DNA of 64,000 nt from an uncultured delta proteobacterium (GCA_963812015.1 CAWETI010000003.1:672001-736000), one strand, 5' to 3'; shown: positions 19,129 through 34,686, counted from the stretch's first letter. Numbers and translations: made by a program. Notes: a model not told the origin generated them from the sequence alone.

Positions 19129-20211
19129 ATGACTGATTTGCCTGATCAGACCCCCAAACACGGGGGAGACGTGTATCAGCTGGCCCGCAGCCTGGGGATC
19201 ACGATTGGCGACCTCCTGGATTTCTCCGCCAACATCAACCCCTTGGGGTTTCCGCCGGGTCTCAACGGCGCGGTGCAGGAGGCCCTGAAGGAGATCATCC
19301 ACTACCCGGACCGCCGCTGTCTGGCGTTGCGGGAGGCCCTGGGGGCCTATCACGGCCTCAGCCCCGAGCAGATTCTGGTGGGCAACGGCTCCACGGAGCT
19401 AATCTATTTGGCGGCCCGGGCCCTCGGGGTCGCCCGGGGCCTGATTGTGACCCCGGCCTTCAGCGAATACGAACACGCCCTGGACGTGGCCCGGGTGCCG
19501 GTGGATTTCCATCCCACCGCGGAATCCGACCATTTTACTCTGAACCAGGTCCTGGAGCCGCACGCCGATGATCTGGTCTTCCTGGCCCATCCCGCCAGCC
19601 CCAGCGGGGCGCTGCTTGATCCGGCCCGGTTCCTGGCGGTGGCCGAGGGCCTGGAGGCGGTGGGGGCTTACCTCCTGTTGGATGAAGCCTTTGTGGATTT
19701 CGTCGAAGAGGCCTCCTTGAAGGTTCACCTGGACCGGTTCCCCCGCCTGATGATCCTGCGCTCTTTTACCAAGTTTTTCGGCATCCCGGGGATGCGCCTG
19801 GGCTTTTTGTTAGGAGCCCCGGAACTTATGGCCCGCCTCGGGGATGCGCAGGAACCCTGGTCGGTGAGCACCATGGCCCAATTTATGGGGCGGGCCTGCC
19901 TGGCCGATCTGGAGTATATGAGCCGGACCCGGACCTTGATCGCCGAGGAGCGGCAATTCCTCTGGGACCGTCTGGCGGCGCTGCCGGGGTTCACCCCCTT
20001 CCCCAGCGCGGTGAACTATCTTCTGGTGAAGCTCACCCGGCCGGGGGCGACTGCGGCCCGCCTGCAAAGAGCCATGCTGGCTCACCGCGTGGTGATCCGG
20101 GACGCCGGCAATTTCCGGGGGCTGGATGAGCGCTTCTTTCGGATCGCGGTGCGGAGCCGGGAGGAGAATGAGCTGCTGCTGGGGGCCCTGGAGCAGTGTT
20201 TGAAATTTTGA
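19129..20211 (+). CDS. cobD: L-threonine-O-3-phosphate decarboxylase
   Basis: HGGD, DFSANINPLG, GNGSTELI, DEAFVDF, RSFTKFFGIPGMRLG (PLP Lys). Confidence 0.9.
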   Translation: MTDLPDQTPKHGGDVYQLARSLGITIGDLLDFSANINPLGFPPGLNGAVQEALKEIIHYPDRRCLALREALGAYHGLSPEQILVGNGSTELIYLAARALGVARGLIVTPAFSEYEHALDVARVPVDFHPTAESDHFTLNQVLEPHADDLVFLAHPASPSGALLDPARFLAVAEGLEAVGAYLLLDEAFVDFVEEASLKVHLDRFPRLMILRSFTKFFGIPGMRLGFLLGAPELMARLGDAQEPWSVSTMAQFMGRACLADLEYMSRTRTLIAEERQFLWDRLAALPGFTPFPSAVNYLLVKLTRPGATAARLQRAMLAHRVVIRDAGNFRGLDERFFRIAVRSREENELLLGALEQCLKF

Positions 20212-20315
20212 GGGAGGGGGCCAGGCGCTTCCAGCCCGTGGGCTAAGCTTGAGAAAAACCCTACTGTTTCCACAGGTCAGAGGCCTGTGCCACTAAACTG
20301 AATCCGGAGTGAACT

Positions 20316-21284
20316 ATGGGCCTGGCCCTGCCTTTTCTGCTGGCTTACCTGCTGGACCTGCTGCTGGGGGATCCTCCGGCTTGGCCCCATCCGGTGCGGC
20401 TTTTGGGCCGCATCATTCAGTACTGGGAGTCGACCCTCTACCAGGACCGGGTGCGGTCCGGGGCCCTCTTCTGGCTGGCAGTGATGGGGACTACCCTGGT
20501 TTTTATTTTTGGGGTGCTGGGGGTCGCGGCCTGGCTGCCGCCTTGGGGGGGGCTGGCCGTCCTCGCCTACTTCCTGTATACCGGCCTGGCCACCCGGAGC
20601 CTGCACCAGGAGAGCCTTAAAGTCGAGGCGGCCCTGGAGCGAGAGGATCTGATGGAGGCCCGGGCCAACCTGGCCATGGTCGTGGGTCGGGAAACCGCCC
20701 ACTTATCCCCGGAAGAGGTGCGGCGGGCCGTGATGGAGACAGTGGCCGAGAACCTGGCCGACGGGGTGGTGGCCCCCATGTTCTTTACCCTGGGGCTGGG
20801 TCTGCCGGGGCTGTTTTTTTACAAGGCCGCCAACACCATGGACAGCATGGTGGGTTACAAAAACTACTGGTACGCCCGATTCGGCAAGGTGGCGGCCCGG
20901 GCGGATGATGTCCTCAATTTCATCCCGGCCCGCCTCACGGCCCTCCTCATGATTCCCACGGCCGCCCTCCTGGGCCTGGATTGGCGGGGAGCCTGGCATA
21001 CCCTGTGGCGGGACCGCCGCCAGGCCGCCAGCCCCAACGCCGGCTGGCCCGAGGCCGCCATGGCCGGAGCTCTGGGGGTGCGCCTGGGAGGCCCCAGCAC
21101 CTACTTCGGCCGCCTGGTGGAAAAGCCCTATATCGGTGAGGCCCGGCACCCCCTGGACCATGAGTGCTACCGCCAGGCCGTCCGCCTGTTGTACGGGACT
21201 TCGCTGCTGATGGCTGTCCTCACCCTGGTGGGTTTGCTGGCCGGCGGCGCCGGGGTTTGGGGATTGCTGCCGCTGGTCAGATAG
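20316..21284 (+). CDS. cbiB: Adenosylcobinamide-phosphate synthase
   Basis: GDPPAWPHPV, VGRET, ETVAENLADGVVAP, NTMDSMVGY, SPNAGWPEAAMAGAL. Confidence 0.95.
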   Translation: MGLALPFLLAYLLDLLLGDPPAWPHPVRLLGRIIQYWESTLYQDRVRSGALFWLAVMGTTLVFIFGVLGVAAWLPPWGGLAVLAYFLYTGLATRSLHQESLKVEAALEREDLMEARANLAMVVGRETAHLSPEEVRRAVMETVAENLADGVVAPMFFTLGLGLPGLFFYKAANTMDSMVGYKNYWYARFGKVAARADDVLNFIPARLTALLMIPTAALLGLDWRGAWHTLWRDRRQAASPNAGWPEAAMAGALGVRLGGPSTYFGRLVEKPYIGEARHPLDHECYRQAVRLLYGTSLLMAVLTLVGLLAGGAGVWGLLPLVR

Positions 21285-21620
21285 GGGTAAGGGCCTGTCT
21301 CGGGATTACCGGCAGGCATATAATGAGCAAATCGCCCCACCGGGGAGGTAACCTCGCCCCTACCCGGCCAGGCGTAAGAAGCATCCCCCACTACTCGAAG
21401 TCCCGGCGGGCCAGCCCAAGACGCGGCCGGGTGCGGCCCGGTTTGATTTTCCCCGACCAGAAGGTTATAATTCTGCATCAAATAGTATGCTTTTTGCATC
21501 GCTCACCCGATCCAGCGCCAATCAGAAGCAGTGTAATATTTCGGTTAATTACCTGAACCAAAGATGCCGACATACTCAGAGGGGGCCTGAAAGCTGACCG
21601 CTGAAGGCTGATAGCTCATT

Positions 21621-24959
<3,339 letters not shown>

Positions 24960-25163
24960 ACGGGCCTGGGGGGCCGTTCGGGGCGGTGGGGCGGCCGTCC
25001 CCGGCCGCCAACCTGATATCCCGGGCCCAGAGGCCCTTCCCGCCTGAACCGAACCAAAAGCGTGAGATGGGGCGGGTTTAAAACCGGCCCCTCCCACCGA
25101 GATTCGCACATTCCTCATCAGCTAATCCTTGCAATAAACCTCAGAATCGAGAAAAATAAGCTT

Positions 25164-27104
25164 ATGGCAGATAAAAAGACCAAGACTTCCCCCACCCAGG
25201 TGCGGCATGACGTCTCGCTGTTGACGGATGACGATCTCTACCTGTTTAACGAAGGCAGTCACTACCGCCTCTACCACAAGCTGGGGGCCCATGTGCTGAA
25301 TGAGAAAGGGGCGCCGGGAACCTACTTTGCCGTGTGGGCCCCGGATGCCGAGCAGGTTTGGGTCACCGGCGACTTCAACGGCTGGGACAAGGGCAGCCAC
25401 CCGTTGTCGCATCGGGCCCAATCAGGCATCTGGGAAGGGTTCATCCCCGGGTTGGGGCATGGCTCCCTGTACAAGTACCATGTGGCCTCCAAGTACGGCG
25501 CCTACCGGGTGGACAAGGCCGACCCCTTCGCCTTTTCCCTGGAAGGCCCGCCCCGCACCGCCTCCATCGTTTGGGATCTGGACTACGTCTGGGAAGACGG
25601 GGACTGGATGACCCGGCGCCACCGGGCCAATGCCCTGGACGGACCCATGTCGGTCTACGAGGTGCACCTGGGCTCCTGGCGGCGGGTGCCGGAAGAAGGC
25701 AACCGCTCCCTCACCTACCGGGAACTGGCCCCGCTCTTGGCCGAACACGTCCAGCGCCTGGGTTTCACCCACGTGGAATTTATGCCGGTCATGGAGCACC
25801 CTTTTTACGGTTCCTGGGGCTACCAGACCACCGGCTACTTCGCCCCCACAAGCCGCTACGGCACCCCCCAGGATTTCATGTTTCTGGTTGACTACCTACA
25901 CCGGCACGGCATCGGCATCGTCCTGGACTGGGTGCCCTCCCACTTCCCGGCGGACGAGCACGGCCCCGGCTTCTTCGACGGCACCCACCTCTATGAGCAC
26001 GCCGACCCCCGCCGGGGGTTTCATCCCGACTGGCGCAGCGCCATTTTCAATTACGGCCGCAACGAGGTGCGGTGCTTCCTCATGAGCAGCGCCCTGTTCT
26101 GGCTGGACCGCTACCACGCCGACGGCATCCGGGTGGACGCGGTGGCCTCCATGCTCTACCTGGATTATTCGCGGGAAGAGGGGGAATGGCTGCCCAACCA
26201 GTACGGCGGCCGGGAGGACCTGGAAGCCATCGCCTTCCTGCGGCAGTTTAACTCGGAGGTTTATAAGAGCTTTCCGGATGTGCAGACCGCGGCCGAGGAA
26301 TCCACGGACTGGCCCATGGTCTCCCGGCCCATCTATGTGGGGGGCCTGGGTTTCGGCCTCAAGTGGGATATGGGCTGGATGCACGATACCCTGAAGTACA
26401 TGGCCGTGGACCCGGTTTTCCGGAAGTACCACCACAATACCCTGACCTTCCGGATGCTCTATGCCTTCCAGGAAAATTTCCTTCTGCCTCTGTCCCACGA
26501 CGAGGTGGTCTACGGCAAGGGGTCCCTCCTGGCCAAGATGCCCGGGGACGATTGGCAGAAGTTCGCCAATCTCAGGCTCCTCTTGGGGTACATGTACGGT
26601 CAGCCTGGCAAGAAACTGCTCTTTATGGGAGGGGAGTTCGGACAGTGGTCCGAATGGTACCACGAAGCCTCCCTGGACTGGCACCTGCTGGGCGAGCCCA
26701 GGCATGCGGCCTTGCAACGGTGGGTAGAGGACCTGAACCGCTGCTACCGCGGGGAGCCGGCCCTGTTCACCCAGGATTTCAGCCCCGGGGGCTTCGAGTG
26801 GATCGACTGCAACGACTGGGAGCAGAGCTGCATCTCCTTCCTCCGGAAAGGGCGGGAAGGGGAGCTGCTGCTGGTGGCGTGCAACTTCACCCCGGTGCCC
26901 CGGCACGACTACCGGGTGGGGGTGCCGACGGGCGGGTTTTGGCAGGAGGTCCTGAACAGCGACGCCTTTGAGTACGAGGGCAGCGGCCACGGCAACCTGG
27001 GGGGCATGGAGGCTGTCCCCATCCCCTGCCACGGCCGCTTGCACTCCCTCACCCTGACCCTGCCGCCTTTGGGCGTGGTGTTTTTTAAAAGCAGTAGTCA
27101 GTAG
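25164..27104 (+). CDS. glgB: 1,4-alpha-glucan branching enzyme
   Basis: [58 protein letters not shown]. Confidence 0.95.
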   Translation: MADKKTKTSPTQVRHDVSLLTDDDLYLFNEGSHYRLYHKLGAHVLNEKGAPGTYFAVWAPDAEQVWVTGDFNGWDKGSHPLSHRAQSGIWEGFIPGLGHGSLYKYHVASKYGAYRVDKADPFAFSLEGPPRTASIVWDLDYVWEDGDWMTRRHRANALDGPMSVYEVHLGSWRRVPEEGNRSLTYRELAPLLAEHVQRLGFTHVEFMPVMEHPFYGSWGYQTTGYFAPTSRYGTPQDFMFLVDYLHRHGIGIVLDWVPSHFPADEHGPGFFDGTHLYEHADPRRGFHPDWRSAIFNYGRNEVRCFLMSSALFWLDRYHADGIRVDAVASMLYLDYSREEGEWLPNQYGGREDLEAIAFLRQFNSEVYKSFPDVQTAAEESTDWPMVSRPIYVGGLGFGLKWDMGWMHDTLKYMAVDPVFRKYHHNTLTFRMLYAFQENFLLPLSHDEVVYGKGSLLAKMPGDDWQKFANLRLLLGYMYGQPGKKLLFMGGEFGQWSEWYHEASLDWHLLGEPRHAALQRWVEDLNRCYRGEPALFTQDFSPGGFEWIDCNDWEQSCISFLRKGREGELLLVACNFTPVPRHDYRVGVPTGGFWQEVLNSDAFEYEGSGHGNLGGMEAVPIPCHGRLHSLTLTLPPLGVVFFKSSSQ

Positions 27105-27234
27105 TCAGTCAAAATGTGGAACAGCCGCCCCGGCTGTTTTTGGAAAAAGACATGGTGCGCAGGGCACACCCTCTCTATGGATTGCCTGTGTAAACCCTTG
27201 CCTTGTGCTGAAAGCTATTGTCATATTCGTCGTA

Positions 27235-27350
27235 ATACGAAGTTGCCGTCAAAAAGGTAATTTTAGCTTTATGATAGCAACCCATGTAGGGGCGGTTCGC
27301 GAACCGCCCCTACAATTCGAATAGTTACTTGTTTGACGGCACCTTGGTAT
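27235..27350. repeat. Miniature element: TIRs around a perfect GTAG REP palindrome
   Basis: ATACGAAGTTGCCGTCAAA (27235-27253) / TTTGACGGCACCTTGGTAT (27332-27350), 17/19; GTAGGGGCGGTTCGCGAACCGCCCCTAC at 27286-27313. Confidence 0.75.
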
Positions 27351-27364
27351 AAGTTCAATACCAC

Positions 27365-27492
27365 AAGCCATTTCAAAACCTGGATGGATAGAGAATTGTC
27401 ATTCTGAGCGAAGCGAAGAATCTCGTATCTTTAATAAGTTGAGATCCTTCACTCCGTTCAGGATGACAAAAAAGCAGGTTTTAAAATGGCTT
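27365..27492. repeat. Miniature element: TIRs around a GTCATTCTGAGCG-type REP doublet
   Basis: AAGCCATTTCAAAACCTG (27365-27382) / CAGGTTTTAAAATGGCTT (27475-27492), 17/18; inner GTCATTCTGAGCG...CGTTCAGGATGAC. Confidence 0.75.
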
Positions 27493-28732
27493 ATAACCAC
27501 TGACCACTGACTACTGTCCCCGTCAACTCCCGATAGAACTCCAGGGTCTGGCGGGCGATGGATGTCCAGCTGAATTCGTCCAGCACCCTCTGCCGGGCCT
27601 TGATCCCCATTTCTCGCCGCAGATCCGGGTTATCCAAGAGTTGGTTCACCGCGGCGGCCAGGTCTTGGGCAAACCTCTGGGCGACGTTAGCCTTGGGATC
27701 CTCTAGGTTTTTCAGGTCCAGGGGCACCAAAAGGCCGGTCTCGCCGGGGAGCACCACCTCCTTGATGCCGCCCACCGCCGAGGCCACCACCGGGGTGCCG
27801 CAGGCCATGGCTTCCAGGTTGATGATGCCGAAGGGCTCATAGATGGACGGGCAGATAAAAAGGGCGGCGTGACTGTATATGGGGATGACGTGGTCCTGGG
27901 GCACGAAGGTGGAAATCCACACGATCTTTTTTCCGGTTTGGGCCTGGAGGGCCTCGATCCTGGCGGCGGTTTCCTGGCCGATTTCGGGGGTATCCGGGCC
28001 GGAGGCGCAGAGCACCACCTGTACCCCGGCCTGGAAATATTCGATGGCCTTGAGGAGGTGCATGATCCCCTTCTGGTAGGTGATGCGGCCCACAAAGAGG
28101 ACGTAAGGACAGTCCGGGTCGATGTGGTACAGGTGCAGGACTTCGGGGTTGAAAGTGGGCTGGTATTGGCTGACGTCGATGCCGTTATAGATGACCCGGG
28201 TCCGTTCCGGCGGCACCCCGTAGAGTTCCTGGACGTCCGTCTTCATAGCCCGGGAAACCGCGATGACCCCGTCGGCGTTCTGGTAGGCGGTCTTCTCCAC
28301 CCAGGTGCTGACCTGGTAGCCGGGACCCAGTTGGTCCGCTTTCCAGGGGCGGTGGGGCTCCAAGGAATGGGTGGTGAGGACCAGGGGCACGCCGAGCAGG
28401 TGTTTGAGGAGGCAGCCGGCCAGGTGGGTATACCAGGTGTGGCAGTGGATGAGGTCCACGTCGGTGAGGGAGCCGGTCATGATCAGGTTGCGGTAGAGGG
28501 TGTCCAGGAGCCGGCGGTTGCGGGGTTCTTGAAAAGGAAAGGTAAACTCGGTGGTGACCCCGGTTACCGTTTCGTTGTCCAGGGTTTCCCGCTGTTCCCC
28601 GAAACAGAGGACCTTGACGGTATGGCGGCGGTCTTCCAGGCGGGCCAGTTCCCGGGTGAGATAGCTGACGTGCACCCCGGCGCCGCCGTAGATGTGGGGG
28701 GGATATTCATTGGTCAGGATAGCTATTTTCAT
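27491..28732 (-). CDS. glgM: GT4 glycosyltransferase, actinobacterial GlgA/GlgM-like (maltose-1-phosphate synthase)
   Basis: LTNEYPPHIYGGAGVHV, HCHTWY, HSLEPHRPWK, FVGRITYQKG, PSIYEPFGIINLEAMAC. Confidence 0.82.
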   Translation of the reverse strand: MKIAILTNEYPPHIYGGAGVHVSYLTRELARLEDRRHTVKVLCFGEQRETLDNETVTGVTTEFTFPFQEPRNRRLLDTLYRNLIMTGSLTDVDLIHCHTWYTHLAGCLLKHLLGVPLVLTTHSLEPHRPWKADQLGPGYQVSTWVEKTAYQNADGVIAVSRAMKTDVQELYGVPPERTRVIYNGIDVSQYQPTFNPEVLHLYHIDPDCPYVLFVGRITYQKGIMHLLKAIEYFQAGVQVVLCASGPDTPEIGQETAARIEALQAQTGKKIVWISTFVPQDHVIPIYSHAALFICPSIYEPFGIINLEAMACGTPVVASAVGGIKEVVLPGETGLLVPLDLKNLEDPKANVAQRFAQDLAAAVNQLLDNPDLRREMGIKARQRVLDEFSWTSIARQTLEFYRELTGTVVSGQWL

Positions 28733-28914
28733 TAATTATTACCGTATATTATAAGATGACAGACCAATAACGACTCCCTACCCTTGTATCAAAGCCTGGT
28801 CCCCTTGTCAATTTGAGGCGGCGCCGCCAAGATCGGCGGACCGGCCCCCAGGCTTGAAAAAACCGTGGTTCGAGAGATAATAGAACCAATGAGCGCTATC
28901 AGCGAGGAGGACGT

Positions 28915-29562
28915 ATGGGCAGCAATGTGAGAAAGGTTGCGGTGGACATGTACGAAGACCGGTTGCAGCAGGACCTGGAACGGTACCGGGCCCGGGCCCT
29001 GGAACTGGGGGCCACCCAGGCAAAAATCGTCAAGGCCGAAGAAATTCCGGTGGACGAACGGGTGACCCTGAAATGCCAGATTCCCCGCTGTTTCGGCTAT
29101 GGGGTGAGCGCCCACTGTCCCCCGAACACCATGAAACCGGCGGAACTCCGGGACCTGCTGAAACAATACCATTGGGCCGTGTTTTTCATCAAGGAGGTGC
29201 CGCCGGAGGTGATCGTCCGGGACAAGGCCACCATCAAAGAGCGGGTGGCGGCCTATCAGCAAGTCTATAAAATCGTTAACGAAGTCGAGTCCATGGCCTT
29301 TTATGACGCTCACTACCTGGCCTTCGGGTTTGCCGCCGGCTCCTGCCGCCACACCTTTTGCGGCCAGCAGGAGGGTTGCCTGGCCATGGAAGGGAAAAAG
29401 TGCCGGTTTTCCTTGAAATCCCGGCCGTCCATGGAGGCGGTGGGCATCGATGTCTACAACATGGTGGCCCGGGCCGGCTGGGACATCTATCCCATCGGCA
29501 GCGGCGCCAAGCCGGAGGATATGCCCAAAGGCACCCTGGCGGGCATCGTCATCGTGCAGTAA
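28915..29562 (+). CDS. DUF2284-like predicted metal-binding protein
   Basis: LKCQIPRCFGYG..HCPP, AGSCRHTFC, C...CRF..RPSMEAVGIDV; RBS GAGGAGG. Confidence 0.8.
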   Translation: MGSNVRKVAVDMYEDRLQQDLERYRARALELGATQAKIVKAEEIPVDERVTLKCQIPRCFGYGVSAHCPPNTMKPAELRDLLKQYHWAVFFIKEVPPEVIVRDKATIKERVAAYQQVYKIVNEVESMAFYDAHYLAFGFAAGSCRHTFCGQQEGCLAMEGKKCRFSLKSRPSMEAVGIDVYNMVARAGWDIYPIGSGAKPEDMPKGTLAGIVIVQ

Positions 29563-29875
29563 AACCGCCCTTCGTCACCTCCCGGCATTGGGGCGGCTGG
29601 CTGTCGACCCGCCCGGTGTAGCGGCCCAGGCATACCTGCGCCCCTCCTCCCCTTGGCCGGGGAGGGGGGACAAAGGGATGCCCCTTCCCGCCATGCCCTT
29701 TCGGGAGGGGATAAAGAGATGATGATTTTTGGATTAGGGGAAAAATCTCCTGGGTGCTCATGGCGGTGGTACATTATTCCTCTCTCCATGGGGAAAATAT
29801 ACCGGTGACCGGCAAGAGATTACCCCGCCCTACGCCTAACCCCTCCTTATTTCGTTGAAAATTGCAACATCGGGA

Positions 29876-29892
29876 TTGGCACAGAAATAGCA
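29876..29892 (+). promoter_or_regulatory. Candidate sigma54 (-24/-12) promoter for hdrL-mvh operon
   Basis: TTGGCACAGAAATAGCA: GG(29878-79)-N10-GC(29890-91). Confidence 0.55.
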
Positions 29893-29962
29893 TTATTATA
29901 TTATTTGAAGTATCTCTAAAAAGTGGGGAAGGAATGTTTTAGGAATACTCCAAAATTCCTTC

Positions 29963-29992
29963 TTGACAAAACTCTATACAAATATTTAAGAT
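29963..29992 (+). promoter_or_regulatory. Candidate sigma70 promoter for hdrL-mvh operon
   Basis: TTGACA (29963-68)-N18-TAAGAT (29987-92). Confidence 0.45.
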
Positions 29993-30080
29993 GAACCAAA
30001 GGTAGTTAATTTGTAAGGCTACAAAACCGCAAACCAATCAAAAACACGCCTCGTTAGCTTTTTAACCATAAGGACGTTCT

Positions 30081-33000
30081 ATGTCAGAGTCGGAAAAAGT
30101 ACTGGGATCGGTGATGGTGGTCGGTGGCGGCATCGCTGGGATGCAGGCCGCGTTGGATTTGGCCAACTCCGGCTATTATGTCCACTTAGTGGAAAAGGGG
30201 CCGGCCATCGGTGGCACCATGGCCCAGATCGATAAGACGTTTCCCACCAATGATTGCGCCATGTGAATTATCTCCCCCAAGCTGGTCGAGGTCGGCCGGC
30301 ACACGAACATCGAAGTTCACGCCCTGACAGAATTACTTGATGTGACCGGCGAGCCCGGCCATCTCAAAGTCACCTTAGATAAGCAAGCCCGCTACGTCAA
30401 TCTGGAGAAATGCACCGGTTGCGGTGAGTGCGCCAAGGTCTGCCCGGTAACTATCAAGGACGAATTCAACATCGACCTGGGCACCCGCCAGGCCATTTAT
30501 CGCTCTTATCCCCAGGCGATCCCTTCGGGTTTCGCCATCTCCAAGTTGGACCGGGCGCCGTGCACCATGACCTGTCCGGCTCACATCAATGTCCAGGGGT
30601 ATATACAGCTCGTTAAGATGGGGAAATACACCGAGGCCGTCAAGCTTATCATGGACCGGGCGCCGATTCCCGGGACCCTGGGGCGCATCTGCCCCCACCC
30701 CTGCGAAGAGAAGTGCCGGCGGCAGGAGGTGGATGAGCCCCTGGCCATCTCCGCCTTAAAGCGATTCGCCGCGGATCAGGTGGATTTAGGGGATATCAAC
30801 CCGCCCCTGGTCGAGGCCAAAAAAGAAAAGGTCGCCATCATCGGCTCGGGCCCGGCGGGGTTGACCTGTGCCTATCACCTGGCCCTGCAAGGTTACCGGC
30901 CCACCATCTTTGAGGCGCTCCCCGAGCCGGGAGGCATGCTCCGGGTGGGCATTCCCCAATACCGCTTGCCCCGGGAAGTGCTGAAAGGCGAGATCGACAA
31001 CATCCTGCGCCTGGGAGTGGAACTCAAGCTCAATATGGCTTTGGGGAAAGACTTCACCCTGGATGGTCTCTTTGAACAGGGCTATAAAGCGGTTTTCCTG
31101 GGCATCGGTTGTCATGAAGGCCGAGGTTTGGGAATCCCAGGCGAGGATCTGGAAGGGATCATGCAAGGCGTAGAGTTCCTGCGCCGTCACAATCTGGGCC
31201 AGGAACTTAAGGTGGGCAAACGGGTTGCGGTGGTCGGGGGCGGCAACGTGGCCCTGGACGTGGCCGGCGCCGCCCGGCGCTACGGGGCCACCGTGACCAT
31301 TGTCTATCGTCGCTCCCGGGAGGAAATGCCCGCGCATGCCTGGGAGATCGACCAGGGGTTGTGCGAAGGGATAAAAATCCTCTACCAGGTGGCTCCTCTG
31401 GAAGTGCGGGCCGAGGACGGTAAGGTGGAAACCCTTTTGTGCCAGCAGATGGACCTGGCGGAGCCCGATGAATCCGGGCGGCGCCGTCCCATCCCCATCG
31501 CCGGGGCCGAATTCGAGCTGCCCGTGGACCTGGTGGTGGCGGCCATCGGCCAGGAAGCGGGGGCTGCGGTGCTGAAGGAAGCGGGGATCACCTGTTCCCG
31601 CCTGGGCACCATCGAGGTGGACGAAGTAACGTACATGACTTCCCGGCCCGGAGTCTTCGCCGCGGGCGATGCCTCCACCGGCCCCTGGATCGCCATTGAG
31701 GCGGTGGGCGGCGGCATCGAAGCGGCGGACTCCATCGACCGCTATATTAAGGGCGAAGATATGTATGCCGGCCGGGTCCGGGGTATTGCCGCGGCGCAAC
31801 GCTGGCGGGAGATCCCCAAAGACGAGGAGGGCCGGCCCCGGGAAATTATGCCGACCCTGCCGCCGGAAGTCTCGTCCATCTGCTTTATGGAGGTGGCCCA
31901 GGGGTATAGCGAAGAACAGGCCCGTTCCGAGGCCACCCGCTGCCTCAACTGCGAGATCTGCTCCGAGTGCATGCAGTGCGTGACGGTCTGTCAGGCCGGG
32001 GCCATTGAGCATGAGCAGCAACGCCAGATTGAGGAGCTTGAAGTGGGGTCGGTCATCCTGGCCCCGGGCTTCAAGACATTTGACCCCAGCGGCATAGTCA
32101 CCTACGGTTACGGCAAGCACCCTAATGTCTATACCAGTATAGAATTCGAGCGCATCCTCAGTCCCGGCGGCCCGTTCCAAGGGCATGTGAAGCGGCGCTC
32201 CGACGGCAAAGAGCCTCAAAAGATCGCCTGGATCCAGTGCGTCGGCATGCGGAGTGACCGGGAAGGTGAACACCCCTATTGCTCCAATTTTTGCTGCATG
32301 GCCTCCCTCAAACAGGCGGTCATTGCCCGGGAGCACCTTGGCCCCGATCTGGATATGGCCCTGTTCTATATGGACATCCGCACGCCCCGCAAGGACTTTG
32401 AAAAATACATGGTGCGCATCAAGGACCAGGGGGCCCGCCTCATCCGTTCCCGGGTGCACAGCATAAACCCGGTGGGCCATGACGGCGATCTGGAGATCCG
32501 GTACGTCACCGAAGCGGGGGAGGTTGCAGACGAAATTTTTGACATGGTGGTCCTTTCGGTGGGGATGGTGATTCCCCCGGCCACCGTGGAATTGGCCAAG
32601 AAATTACAGGTCCCCCTGGGTCCCAATAACTTTGTGCAAACCAGCTGTTTTGCGCCGACGACCACGTTGCAGGAGGGGATCTACTCTTGCGGCGCTTTCA
32701 ACGGCCCCAAGGACATCCCCCAGTCGGTGATGGAGGGGAGCGCCGCCGCGGCCGCGGCCGCCCAGCCCCTGACTGCGGCCCGGGGCAGCCTGATCAAAGC
32801 GAAGGAATATCCGCCGGAAAAGGCGGTGAGCGGGGAAGAGCCCCGCATCGGGGTGTTTGTCTGCAACTGCGGCCTCAACATCGGGGGGGTGGCCGATGTC
32901 CCGGCCATCGTGGAATACGCCCGGAATATCCCCAATGTGGAGTATGTCCAGGATAACCTTTTTAGCTGCTCCCAGGATTCCCAGGCCCAGATGGTGGAAA

Positions 33001-34520
33001 AAATCGCCGAGCATAACCTGAACCGGGTGGTGGTGGCGGCCTGCAGCCCCTCTACCCATCAGCCTATCTTCCAGGATATGCTCCGCAGCGCCGGCCTCAA
33101 CAAGTATCTCTTTGAGATGGCCAATATTCGCAACCAGTGCACCTGGGTGCACCAGAACGAACCGGATCGGGCCACGGCGAAATGTCAGGACCTGGTGAAC
33201 ATGGGCGTGGCCAAAGCCCGCCTGCTCCAGCCGTTGGAGTACATCACGGTGGGGGTCAATCACCGGGCCCTGGTGATCGGCGGCGGCGTCAGCGGCATGA
33301 CCTCCGCCCTGAACCTGGCGAATCAGGGTTATGAGGTGCACCTGGTGGAACGCAAGTACCGCCTGGGGGGCAACGCCCTGAAACTGCACACCACCTGGCG
33401 TGGCGGCCTGGTGCGGCCCCGCCTGGACGCTTTGATCGACAAGATCACCACCCACGACAACATCATCATCCATTTCAATGCCATGGTCACCGGGGTTTCC
33501 GGGGTGGTGGGAAACTTCACCACGACCCTCTCCACCGGTCAGGCAATTGAGCACGGCATCGTGGTTATCGCCATCGGCGCCGTACCCTTCCAGCCGGAAG
33601 GTCAATACCTTTATAAACAGAACCCCAACGTCCTGCTTTCCCTGGACATGGATACGGAGATCACCGGGGAGACCGAGCGGCTTAAGAAGTCCCAGGCGGT
33701 GGCATTCATCCAGTGCGTCGGTTCCCGGATCCCGGAGCGCCCCTATTGTAACAAGGTGTGCTGCGCCCAATCTGTAGAAAATGCCATCAAGCTGAAAGTG
33801 ATGAACCCGGAGAGGGAGGTGTATATCCTCTACCGGGATATGCGCACCTATGGCGAACGGGAGATGCTGTACCAGCGGGCCCGGGAATTGGGGGTGATCT
33901 TCATCCGTTACATCGTGTCAGAACCGCCCCGGGTGGAAGAAGCGGATGGCCGCCTGAAAATCACGGTGAAGGACCAGGTCCTGGGGAGGCCGGTGAGCTT
34001 CATGGTGGACCTCCTCACCCTGGCCACCGCCATCATCCCCCACCAGAATGCGCCCCTGGCGGAACTCTACAAGATCCCCCTGAACGCCGAGGGCTTTTTC
34101 ACCGAGGCCCACGCCAAGATCAAACCGGTGGAGGCTCCCACCGACGGCATCTACCTGGCCGGGCTCTGTCATTACCCCAAGCCCATCCAGGAATCCATCG
34201 CCGAGTCCCTGGCCTGCGCTTCCCGGGCCACCACCGTGCTGTCCAAGGACTTCTTGCTGATGGATTCCATCATTTCCAATCCCATCGATGAGAACTGCGA
34301 CGGCTGCGCCTTCTGCGTGGACGCCTGCCCGTTTAAGGCCATCACCCTTCTGGAATACATGAAAGAAGGCAACCTCAGGAAGACCGTGGAAGTCAACGCC
34401 ACCCAGTGCAAGGGCTGCGGCTCCTGTATGGCGACTTGTCCCAAGGCGGGCATCTACGTGGCCGGGTTCACCCCGGAACAGCTGGAAGCCCAGGTGGATG
34501 CGGCTTTGGGGCTGATTTAG
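30081..34520 (+). CDS. hdrL: Large HdrA-like selenoflavoprotein (HdrL type: HdrA module + GltD-like NAD(P)H module + second HdrA module), 1479 aa, Sec62
   Basis: ORFs 30081-30266 and 30342-34520 are in one frame; TGA 30264-66 reads [18 protein letters not shown] vs DKTFPTLDCSI-C-ILGPKL in the paralog; three GxG/GGG nucleotide-binding motifs, GRICPHPCE, many 4Fe-4S motifs. Confidence 0.92.
30281..30300 (+). promoter_or_regulatory. Bacterial SECIS-like hairpin (hdrL)
   Basis: GCTGGTCG-AGGT-CGGCCGGC, 8-bp stem with G-U pairs, loop GG at +24/+25 from UGA. Confidence 0.8.
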
Positions 34521-34686
34521 CAGTAAGCCGCGAGCAGTGAGCAGAGGCGAGGCGGCCATGCCCCACTGCTTCTCCAGGAAAAAGGAGATTTGGATGTGCT
34601 CCCGTCCCCGCGTTGTAGTGGGGAGCCGGGAAGAAGTGAGGCTTTTGGTTTAAAAAGCCGACCGCTGACAGCCAAGGGGTTTTAAC

